DNA of 62,662 nt, counting the filler, from Choristocarpus tenellus KU-1152 (taxonomy: Eukaryota > Protista > Phaeophyceae): NCBI GenBank assembly GCA_964200185.2. It is 11 parts of 11 records of this genome, joined end to end, with 100 filler letters (N's around TTAATTAATTAA, not from the genome) between each part and the next. Parts side by side here need not be neighbours in the genome. Positions count along the whole stretch, not along the records: positions 49,530 to 55,795 come from CAXNAD020008533.1; positions 55,896 to 62,662 come from CAXNAD020007393.1; 9 more parts are not named here. One strand, written 5' to 3'. Numbering within the stretch: position 1 is the first letter of the stretch; each line of letters opens with the position of its first letter. Under the pieces are notes generated by a model, which saw only the letters and a program-made list of their open reading frames with translations, was not told the origin of the DNA and ran no database searches. Below are positions 51,291 through 62,662 of this stretch, one piece after another. A program made the position numbers and the translations under genes.

Positions 51291-52607
51291 TTAAACAGCA
51301 GCAATCCTTAGGCATGGATATTCCCAAATAAAAATCCTGTGAAGATTGGGCCAAATGATTACACTGTTTTCCTTGCCAACTAAGACCCAGCTTTGTACAT
51401 ATCTGCAGTGGTGGCTCAAAGAAGGTGTCCACTATAGCCCTACCTTTGCTGAGGTGAAGTTTTACTGCCTGTTCAGAGTAATAATAGCATTAATGTAGGC
51501 AACATCTGCATAACCACAGTACAGACATCAAAAACCACTGGAATATCCTAGACAACGAGATGTTGAGTCTGTGGAACACGTGATGGAATAAAAAAACTTT
51601 CCAACTCAACCTTAGTCGTGCACATAGTCCCAGACAACGAACCATAAACTGTAGTAACCCACTTCACTACTTGTGAATGGCAATCATAAGCCTTTCCTTG
51701 TCCCTTGCGATATGGCATCTTCCTTTCTCCCCAGCCTTTACCATTGTGATTAGAGCAAACCCCGCCTGGCTATTGTCCACAAATCAACCTCATGGTGTAT
51801 ACAGAGCAATTCTGAAGAAAAAAGCACAAGTGTGCACCTCTTCCTCAAATATTGTGCTCTAACATTTGGACACTTTCAACAACAAAGGTTTCCGATGTAT
51901 ACTACACCGAAATTTAACCTTGGCATTTTGATCTAGTCCGCTGATCAACCTGTACCGTGCAGAGGTCCCTGTGGTGCAAGTATTTATTGGCTTAGGATGT
52001 ATAGAAGTGCCTAAGAAAGTATGATGCGATTACGCCCCACTCAGAACGTTCGATTTGATAGATCTGGCCTATAGTCGTCTCTAAAACATGTATAAATGGA
52101 TCTGAGAGAGTGGGCAACAACAAGGAACTTAGAACAACGAGCTGTCAGAACATTAGGTCATTTTATTTTTTGTTCACAGCGAAGTGGAGGGGAGGAAGAT
52201 CAATCACGCAAATCTCCAGCAAAATACATCGTCTACATAAAACTGGTACACCAGATTGAGCGAAAAGGGAGCATTTCCCCAACGTACACATCTGCCACTT
52301 AAAAACTCTGTCAGAACAAAATTATTGAACTAAAACAACCCTTCAATCGTGCCTTTTGAAATAACAATAAACGTGTTACTAGTTCCTACTGGGATATCAT
52401 AAATGACCATCTGCATTACACCTCATCTGATCAATCAGGTCAAACTCAACATATATATATATATTCTCGTGGAATACATTCTTCAAACTCTATACATCAC
52501 CTCACATTTGGTAGCAGTTGGGCCATGTGCATAGCTACTCATTCAGAAAGATGATGTATAGTTGCTACTGTGTGACATAAAATGTATTAGAAAAAGTGTT
52601 TTTCCTG

Positions 52608-55312
52608 TCAATGATCATGGCCTCCTACGGCTGACAACTCACAGTGGCGGTCAGCAAGTAGGGGCAGCCCAAGGAATAGCCCACCTAAAACAAAGGCCAA
52701 CAGCACCCTAAACCTCTTAAGCAAAGATGTCTTGGCCCCATCAAATAAGGCTCCTGGTATCAATTCAGAAAGGGACACAAATATAAATATTCCTGCACCA
52801 AGGAGAAGTATGATGCCCAGTTGCTGTGAAGTGATTTCGTCATCCAGAGGCATGATCACCAACACACCAACAATTGCCGTCAGGGCAGACAACAGGTTGA
52901 ACAAGAGTGCCTGAGGAGAGGGCCATACACAGGAAATGGGATGAGGAGTTGGAATTGTGTAAAGTTGTGCGACAATTGCAAACCTAAGACTCAAAATAAT
53001 GGGGAAAATATGATAACACTCATAGTCATCCGTAAGTTGTCGAGTGCTTAGCCTTGTGTGATATCTCTGGGGTTTATGTAAAAGCACAGGCCAAGGAAAT
53101 GTTGTCACAAACTGTGCTGAAATGGATTGCAGAGCTTGGCTAAGATTGAAAAAACAGTTGCCTTCCCAATGCCTCACATACAAGCAAAGTCACTCGTACG
53201 TCACTGATGAGAGATTGGATGTACAGCATAAGAAAGAAAACAGTAAACCAATATAACCACATCACAACCTCAATCCTAGCATAATGTAATGAGTGCATCT
53301 GTGGTGCCTAAGACCTTGTATCCCCCCACCACAAGCCCCTACCTCACCCACCTGAGGAACACTCATACCCCCCTGCACAAGGGCAAAAAAATCAACCAAT
53401 TCCTGCGGAAGTTCGTGGGCAATTGTTGCCGCTGTCACAGTCCACCCTGTCTGAGGATTGCATGCCAAGAATGTAGCCCCAACAATGAGCCCATCCGCGA
53501 AGTTGTGTACGAGATCCCCCACAATGATATTCCAACACAAGGGACTAAGGTGCTTCAGGTCACACAGAGCACGATTTTGTTTCTCTGGAACCTTCTCCAC
53601 AACCGTGTCTGTAGGCCCAACATCCCTAACCACACTGGATGTTGGAGGAACAGCTTGCGCCATTCTGTCTTCAGTGCTACCTTCCAGATGGTTCGGATAG
53701 TGACTGTGCCCAGCTCCAAGATGGAGGACAAACCCTATGAATATTCCGCAGAGAAGAGTGACCCCAGTCCACAGCCCAGTATCATGCAAGTCAGAGTATG
53801 ATGAAGACATACTTTCCAACGCCTCTGGCAGCAAGTGCACAATGGAGGCAGTCAGGAGTGCTCCAGAGCCAAACAAGTAAGCCTCTGACAAGTTGAGCCT
53901 TTCCTTGGAGTTCGACCAAACCAAAGAAAATATCCCGATCAGGCTGATAGTACGGCATAGTTTGTGAGGAGTGAAACGTGGGGATCAGGTCGGTTTATCA
54001 AGTCAGAGGTACACGAGTGTATTCAGTGGTATTAAATCTAGTGGAGAAATGAATTTCGCCAGTTCATCCAGCTAGGAGTACTTTCCAGTGGTAGCACTGT
54101 ACTCTTTCACTTGATTGCGGAGTTTCAAGGCTGAAGGCCCTGTGAACAGACAGAACCTCTAGGATGCTACAAATGAGGAAAGAACTATCTATCGTTAAAA
54201 AAGGTCCAGACTTAAATAAGCACCAACCTGCATGAGGAGATGACTAACGATGCAAACAAAGCGTTTGTCCACTGCTCCCCGGTTACCCCAGTATCTTCAG
54301 CTCCATCTTCTGAGCCATGTTCCGTCAAAACTTCTTCCGGGGAGATAACACTACCTCCAGGAGACAGCACGGCAGCTCCAAACTCATCCGGTTCATGCTG
54401 CATTATCAATGCATACTCACCCGCTGAGGGCGACACAAAGCTAATATTGACGGCAGAATTACTATTGACCAAGGAAACGGTGTAGATGGTTGATTCGGAA
54501 GGGACAGCCAGGTCTCCGGTCAGCAATTCTTTGGGTTCCTCATCACCATCAAAGAACTCGGCCCAGACTGCAGTGGTTACAGGAAGACGGGAGAGATCGA
54601 GGAATGTCATCACACAACCTGGAAGCCTTTGGAGTCTATAGCCGACACCCCACAGAAAACTTACATTCCCAGGGGTTGGGCATACTGGATTCATTAGTGG
54701 AAGTAGGGATCTCATGGGTTGAAGTATAAGGTTTAATAAATGTCCTATGCAGGAGAACGGGCTGATCTCCAGAGCGGGTGCAGTCATATTAAAGGTAACA
54801 TAACCCTGCTGAGACATTTATTGTCACTCCACTTCTTCTCCAAATAGTACGTCTAGGCTACTATCTCCCGAAGCTTGCATGATACATCGAACTAATACTC
54901 CAACGTAATACATATAACCCCAGTGGCATGCGCTTTTTATGGAGGATGTTGTAAGAGCAAGGCAATAAGGAAACAATTGGATAATATGAGCAGGAAGGTG
55001 GAGCTACTCTCACGTACCGTCTTCGACCTCATGTAGAATACTTTCCAGTGTGTCGTCGCCTGCAACTCTCCTACCATGATGTTCTTCATGGTCATGGTCA
55101 TCCTCGACTGCCACCAACATGAACGCAAAGCTGTCATCGATAAAACTTATGTCATTCACTGGTTCGAGACTCAATACATGGACGCCATGATCGAAATCGT
55201 AGAGTCCGGCATACTCTGGTGAACTACCTTCCGCGAGTGACCTCGCTTCACAAACGAGAAGGACTCCGAGACCGACGGTAAGAGTAGTTCCGAGTCTCAT
55301 CACACCAACCAT
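52608..55312 (-). CDS. ZIP (SLC39, LIV-1-like) zinc/iron transporter, complete 4-exon gene, 509 aa
   Basis: Exons 55312-55018, 54567-54228, 53943-53352, 52910-52608 with consistent phases (1,2,0). Signal peptide, His-rich ectodomain, HLLPEA, GHSH loop, IVGDLVHNFADGL, HELPQELVDF, LLFNLLSA, FIFVSLSELIP. Confidence 0.95.
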
Positions 55313-55543
55313 GTCCGCTGTGCAAGGGTAGCACTCGGGTCACCTTTCTCTAACGGTATGTGTTGATGAACCATGTTTCTGGTTCAAAAAGGAAAGAAAT
55401 GTTGTTTGTCGATTATTTCAGCTTCAATATGCGCGGTTAAATTTCCGACGGCGGCACACATAGAAATTCTAGAGAATACTGCTTCATACACTTAATATTC
55501 TAAAATATTTGTACACTCGAAATGGTTGAGAGACAGTGGAATA

Positions 55544-55687
<144 letters not shown>

Positions 55688-55795
55688 GTATTGTTTGGAG
55701 AAGTCACAAAGAGTAATCGGTATAGATGTGACGGACAGGTCCCTTCGGGAGCTGATCTTAGTCCAAATACACATCCGCGCGCACACACAAAGGTA

Positions 55796-55895
55796 NNNNN
55801 NNNNNNNNNNNNNNNNNNNNNNNNNNNNNNNNNNNNNNNTTAATTAATTAANNNNNNNNNNNNNNNNNNNNNNNNNNNNNNNNNNNNNNNNNNNN
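55796..55895. other. Artificial contig spacer
   Basis: 44N-TTAATTAATTAA-44N. Confidence 0.97.
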
Positions 55896-57957
55896 ATCCG
55901 TACAGTGATCTCATGTCATAAAAGGGGGGGGGTGGCGTTCCTGTTTGCACCTCCAAACACCTCCACGAGCTGATTCATTTCTTTTGATAGTTCAGCTACA
56001 TTCTTTAAGAGGTTTCGCTGGATATCTTGTATGTCACGGATATTCTCCTCACTCTTCTTCCATATCTGCTTCCCCATCTCCCGTTTCTTTTCCCTTACCG
56101 TTGTTGTTGTCTGCCATGTTTCTTCTAGCTTGCTCTATCTCCTCCCATACCTTATTGACTAACATTTCTGTTTGTTGGTCATTCTCTTCCCTGGACCCCT
56201 AAGTTTCTTCAGCTCCCCTACCTCTCCTTTCCTCCCTTTCTCCCCCTTTTTTCTTGGTCTTCCCATTATGACCTCTCACATCGATGGATGGTTCAAACGT
56301 CTCCTGACTTCTTTTTTTTTGCCATTCTATTGGAAAGATTGCTGAGGGTTTGCCGTGATCTCGCCCCTACTTGCTCTGCCCCTCCACCCTCGATGTTAAC
56401 CCTTCACTCTGTCCCGGTCCTTCCTACCTCGTGCCACCATCTACCACTAATTTCATTTAACTTCCCAAATACTTCGTATGGCTACAAGCCATCCAGTTTA
56501 AGTTTTCGCCTACTCTCCAATTCTTTTCTTCTATCCCTTTGTTGAAACCTGAACTCGAAAGAATCGCGCTTTCTCGTACAATGATTTGGAACGAAGGTGT
56601 ATCATAGTGCAGTAAAGCACTGGTGGATTTGTTCTGATGAACCTGATGACATGATGTGCTCAGGCAGAAGAAGATGGATGATGTGGGATCGAGGCTATTC
56701 CTTGGGACACTCAAAGGAAGAAATGCATGCGCTGAGTAGAGGCTTGTCAGCTTGAAGGAAAAGGGTTTCTGAGGATGTTTAAACTCTTAATATATTGCAT
56801 CCAGGTGTATATCAGGTACACTTAATGCAGAGTGAGCTTCATGTCTTATGAGGGGGCAATGCCGGCCAAGAAAAAGAATAAACACATGATAAAAGACCTC
56901 TGATGAGAACAAGAAAAAAAGGGAAACAAAAAGACAAACTTGAATCAATATCTGATAGAACTCGTATGACACGTATTGTGTCCGCATGTTTGATAGGTTG
57001 CGACAGTTCTTGTGCTTCCTTTTTACTGCAATGTTCTAACAGTAATTGATGATGTTATGAGGGTGAGTTAGTGATGTAAGTAGGAGTAACAACCAGTATC
57101 AATGGACAAATCAGCAGTCTGAACTGGTGATACTGTATCGTATCAAGAACAAATCAAATGGGTAGCCTATGTTTTAACGTCCTTTCCACAACTCTTCTTC
57201 CCGTGCACATTCCTCCTTCCAAAAATCTTACTCTCATAAAACGCATATTACTTCATAACCTCCCCCTCTTGTTAATTACTACTCAACTGAAGTATTCATG
57301 TCTGTGGCACGCTAGAACATCATTAGTATACTACTTCTAACTATTTCGAAGTACTACTTCAGTATCTATTACTAGAATATAGTGCGGAGTACTAGCCATC
57401 CCTATTTGGCAACGACACAAAAGAAAAACTTACACTTATTCAAGAGATCAATGTGAGACACCACACGCTTTTTTTTTTTCACCATGTTCTACCTTTTGTC
57501 ATTGAAGCTGATGTGGTGTGGGTAGGATGCACGGCTGCGTTATGGTGACCCCGACATGAACGACTTGGTCCGAAAATAAGAGCCGTTTATTGCCGTTGTA
57601 GTCACATGCATGTTGTGAAAAATTTGATTTTTTTGTGTTTTCATTATTGTTGGATGAAATTGACAGAGTTGGATATATTGTAGAGGGATATCTGGTGTGA
57701 TCCACAATTAACGTTAGTTGAGGACTGAGCACAAAAATAGAGTTGGTATACAGGGAACATTACGGTTCATGGTACGGTGGTATCTAGGAATAGATACACT
57801 AGTGTGGAGTTCTGATTATACATTTACTCGTAGTTTATGGTCCTACAAAAGAGTTGCAAACTTTGATTTTCCTTGACTTGCATGATGAAATTGACAAATT
57901 AAGTCAACTTGTACGGTGATGGCTGGTTTGATGACCTGTGAAGTCATAGTTTGGAGG

Positions 57958-58170
57958 GAGTCAAACCAAGTGAGAGGTGTGTAGGGTTGCATTATAAGGA
58001 TCCCAAGAAAGGGCAAAAAGGTGTCATTTTGTAGAATGGGAGAGAGAGCCATTTCTGTGAATTGTGGTGTCAACTGTGTGTGTAAATGGGGAATATCAAT
58101 TTTGCGTTCACTATTGTCCACATAAAGCAATGAAATAGAACGTATTGTACTGAGTAAGAAATGAGCACCA
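57958..58170 (+). mobile_element. MITE family D copy, right end not recognised
   Basis: GAGTCAAACCAAGTGAGAGGT start; body similar to 51032-51290. Confidence 0.7.
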
Positions 58171-61100
58171 CCAAATATTTTGTCGTCTTCCTTCTGTTGC
58201 ATGATGCCCAAACTACACTTAGTTGCGTGTGTAAAAATATATACCTATCTTGAAAACCTATCGTCCTTGGCCTCTGAAAAGCCTGAAAATACAGAAAACC
58301 TTCATACATTTACTGATTCTTTCATAGAAATTTCAACAAGAGGGCCTAATCAAAAGAACAAAATCCTCCAAACCTAAATAAAAAAAGAGTAAAATTAGGT
58401 ACTGTTGAAAGAGTCTAGCTGCTCCAATTATACAAAAGTAACAAAAACTATAAAAATATATCCACAACAATAAACAACACTCACTACCAGGAATGATCCA
58501 AACAAGGATAACTAGGGAAAACTTGTAGGTTTACTATATCAAACAAATGGACACATGCAGCTGTGATGCTCCTTGGGGTAGGTACAAAGCAACCTTTGCA
58601 CACATTTATACGTTACTCTCAACTTCCTGCAACAAGTTGACAGCTGATCCTAGTCACATCACCAACAACTATCCCAACTCGAATTTGCACAAATGACTTG
58701 AGTTTTAATGCACACTGCACGTTGTTTTCAGGGTATTGTTGAGATCATTCGCTTCCAAATACTGAGGTCTTACCTCTACCATTTCCCCCACCAGCATGCT
58801 GCCACTGCTCTCATCTTCCTCTGTCGGTGAAAAAACAAAAAAGAATAGTGCACAATGTTCATAAGTTGGGTGGTGAATTGTATTGATTCATTAAACCCAA
58901 CAATGATTGGTGCCTTAATCCCCATCCTCTACTAGACACATTTAATCTAGTGTATATACATTCTGCACACGCACCTCAACTTAATTGGGTGTATCCATAT
59001 ATTTTTAAGACATCTCACAATCCCTTTCATTCACAAATCCACAGTGAGTCAACATAAATATTGCTTGCTTTACCCCTATGCTCTCAGACCTTTGGCATTG
59101 TTTGTATTCATATCTCCTCAACATGAGCAAGTGATAATGGAGGTGAAGCAAAGAATCAGAATGAGCAATGATCCAACAATGGATGGGTTTAGAACTTCTC
59201 TACCACTTACCAACATCAATTGCCTGTACTGTAGGAAGAAATGCAGGATACAACATTGTCAGAGACACCAACACAGTCATTCTTGAACTCAAACCGGTAG
59301 AGAGCACCCACACCAGTCCAGCTGTGGCCAAATGGGTCAGACAATGGGACAGTTGATTTGGGTACTTTTTTAGGTTTTGAGCACATATACTCCATACTCG
59401 GGATGCTCCAAATTAAAACAAACACATGCTCGTGCCTACAACTGGATCATGAACTAGGCACAAGAATTGCCAGGTGATCACATTGATAGTCAGCAGAGTA
59501 AGGGCCATGAACGTAAGAGTTCACTTCACATGGGAAACACATGCCTCAAGCCTTCTCACACATGGAAATATCAATTTTCGAAAGCATAGAGAGACTTGAC
59601 CCACCACACACAGTGTGCCTTAGTGAGCTAGTCCTCATCCACACCATGACTTCCAGATTGACAGGGACGGTAACAAGATGGATATCTGTCAAGTTGGTGC
59701 AATGGTTATTGTTACTATGACAGAGGTCATTTAAATAAAGAGTGCACTTCATAATTTGCAGTGTCAGTACAAGCTAGAAATGGAAGAGTCATTGACACAA
59801 TGTGCGTGGACTACTGGAGAAAATATGAAATTCCTGAGTTGTAAACATAGCTGGAGATCTTTGAAGAGGTGACCTTGTCTGATAGATCAACGCAGTGAGA
59901 AGTTCACCTCACAAGTCTATGCTATTACAATACTCCCATTACGTCAAACCACTCTGATGGCATCAATAGATTGACCGAATCAGCGCGAGTATTGTTGAAT
60001 GTATCCTCAATCAAGAAGTTAGCTTTGATTTTTAAATGTTTGCATTTGACAGCAGTGGGTCTGACGGCCGATTTTGTTGGAGGATGAGGAGAAGAAACAG
60101 GTAAGATGTACTAGGTCTCACAGTCCCAAGTCTTGGATCCACGTGGGGAGAGGGGGTCAACTGCAGAAATTGGTGCCATGCAATAGGTATACACAGTGGT
60201 AGCAATGAAGACCATGCACCATGTTGCCACAGGAGTAAACGTAATTGACATGGGCAACTGAAACGGACAAAGTGCTTTGGTGGAAGTCCTAGGATAATGG
60301 GGAGTGTGTGTGTGTGTGTGTTGAAGGGAATAGACCGCATTACAGAGGGAGAACTAATTAGATAATGTAAGAATGCGTGAAAACTGCGCAAGAGAGTCTT
60401 GGACAGGATTTTGAACAAACTAGTTTGGGGACACAATGATGACATTTTCTCTCAATGTCACCATCAACACATTCAATGAAATGGTATTAATAGTCCTTAT
60501 TTGATAGTGAATTTCTCTAAACAAGTAGTCCTTATTTTTTCCCTTGATAAAGGTGTCAAATGATCTTTTTAAAGTCTAAATTACCAAACACAATCAAAAT
60601 ATGGAAGAAACCACATAGAACTACTATCACTACCCTGTAAGGAATCACTTACCAAACCTCTACTGTTATGATTCAAGGACAAAAAAACACACCACTACTA
60701 TTCCTAGTGGTCCTGTCAAATACTGCGATAGTGAAGCAGTGAGTCATGGGACTAACTACCCCAGCGGTGTACTGATATCTCAATATTTCATTGGGAAAGT
60801 GGCCACCCATGCAGGGGTTGAGCACACCAGTCTCTACATTTGCCAAACAAGTACTGAGATACCACTGTATCACTAGGACAGCAAGCTGAATCTCATATCA
60901 CCCTGGTGACACAGAGATTCATCTCAATAATTGAAAAGTGTCCATTGCAGAGCATAATTGGGCACTGGTCCGCCATGCGTCATCTAGGCAAAAACTGGAC
61001 TTTTGATATTGACTTTCCAGGGGCCTACCATATACCGGGCTGAAACACATTGATGAACAGTGATCTTGCTGAATTGACATAGGCATTGAATTAACATCCC

Positions 61101-62383
61101 AGGTCTAAAATCGGTAAATAGAAGGACAATTACATTCCGCAGAAGTCCCACAGGGGGGATGGTCACCTTGTCAGTAATCAAATGTCAAATATTCAGAGTT
61201 CAAAGTCTTAAAATCGAACCCATGATGTAGAACACCATACTTAATGATCAACAATAAACCCAACCAGAAAGACACAAAAAGAAGAAAAAGAAAAAGATAA
61301 CTCGATTACAACGTATAATCAATCAAAATGATCTCACTTGGACCGCCCTGCATGTACGACATAATAATGTTGACAAGTAGAGAAGTGCAAGCAAAAACCT
61401 GTATCGTTTCTGGTTGCGCACAATTCAGAACACGTTTACAGATTTATAGAATATACAATAAGGAAAGCACTGTCGAAGAGGTTGAACAGCACCTGACTCT
61501 TAGAGTCTTGTGATATTTCAAGTGGACACCGTTAAAGAATAGGGTTGACTTATGTAAAGGTGACCCTCTATGATATAGCCCCCACAAAAGAAAGGACCGG
61601 ATACGCAGTAGTCCCTTTAAAAGTGTCGAGTACAGTTACCAGCCTAGAACGAAAAATAAGTGATCTCTGCGGATGTATATGCATGCATATTTCTGAGGAG
61701 TTTATCTTATTTCTCCACACAGGTCGAAGTTGAGAGGTGCTATTCAAAAGGGACATTATCAACACTCAATGACTGGATCAATCAAATGCAAAAGACAAGA
61801 GAGAGCACAAATTCGGTTGGGGAGGGAAAGGGGGGGGAGGGTAAAGAATAGCACCGAGGAGGAAATGGAAGGCTCAAGGTTAGGATGCGGAGTAGGCATT
61901 AATTTCGTCTGCACAATAGATCGAGGGAACGGACTGCAACCATCACTCCTGATCCCAGAGAAGATCTACGGTCAGGTTGGCGCCAGAAGTCGGAACAGCA
62001 CTAAAGGTTGATACTACTAATCACGAAATATGGAGTACACCGCTGGGTTCGAGCAATAAAAATGAAACTGGGAGGGTAAACTTTAGGTCAAGTCGTCACC
62101 TGGTTTGGCGCTCCTTCAGGTTCAGGGAACGTATTTTCGTCTTCTGTACTTGAGTTGGCGATGGGCAGTACGATTATTGAAGCCAACGATCCAGCGACAA
62201 GGCACGAATGGAGACAGCAAGCAGTTCCAGCTGACAATATGTATCTGGGAGGGTTCCTGTTGCTGTGGTCAATTGTACATGGAGAATGTTCAATTGAATG
62301 GAAAGGATCATTTTCAATGTTCCACACACCGTCGTTCTTCCTGTTGCCACACAAACACACTTAATAACCCGTTATCTCTCATT

Positions 62384-62662
62384 GAGCCAAAGTATCCTGA
62401 GGCAGCAAATTCCAACCAGCTCACACAAGCGTGTAAACTAGGACGTAGGCATTTGAAGCCACCTCCTGGAGTGTCTCCGCACTTGTGTCAGACCATCGCT
62501 TGACTTAGGCATCATCGTAGCGTACAGATGATGTTCGTAGTGAACACCGGTGAGGTAATGTCCACCTGAAGCTGGGCCTTGGTGATTCGCCACAGTAGAT
62601 GAGGGAAACGTGGCACCCTCAAAGGCAACCTATCAACTATCTGCCGTGGCGAATCACCAAGG
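62384..62662 (+). mobile_element. Element beginning with the shared TIR GAGCCAAAGTATC, running off the window
   Basis: 13-nt exact match to the family A terminus, preceded by ATT. The body does not match families A-D and no right TIR is visible. Confidence 0.4.

Noticed and set aside
60700-62380. DIRS-like RNase H hint (AYHIPG) and LINE ORF1/zinc-knuckle-like fragments
   Set aside because: Single short motifs in heavily degraded sequence; a family cannot be assigned without a search.

Overview
Eukaryotic, intron-rich genomic DNA, most consistent with a photosynthetic stramenopile of the brown-algal lineage (inferred from the gene families and gene structure). The window is not one locus. It is 11 assembly fragments joined by ten identical 100-nt artificial spacers (44 N + TTAATTAATTAA + 44 N), so gene neighbourhoods are meaningful only within a fragment. 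Manually spliced genes: (1) a non-canonical MTHFR/MetF-fold gene (5623-10780, minus strand) head-to-head with the 5' end of a tyrosinase-like gene (11186-12155, plus strand); (2) an intron-retaining actin-related pseudogene; (3) one glutamate-receptor-like exon; (4) two coiled-coil genes, one SCLT1/SDCCAG8-like; (5) four membralin exons including a GC-AG intron; (6) one RtcB exon; (7) a complete 4-exon LIV-1-type ZIP transporter with an unusual ectodomain. Non-coding DNA carries about 18 copies or fragments of four related MITE families that share GAGYCAAA-type termini and often have 3-bp TSDs. It also holds Copia and Gypsy remnants and many micro- and minisatellites. No rRNA, tRNA or CRISPR array was recognised. 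The best novelty candidates are the MetF-fold protein that appears to lack the canonical catalytic acids, the ZIP ectodomain, and the MITE clan with a possible parent element at the window end.
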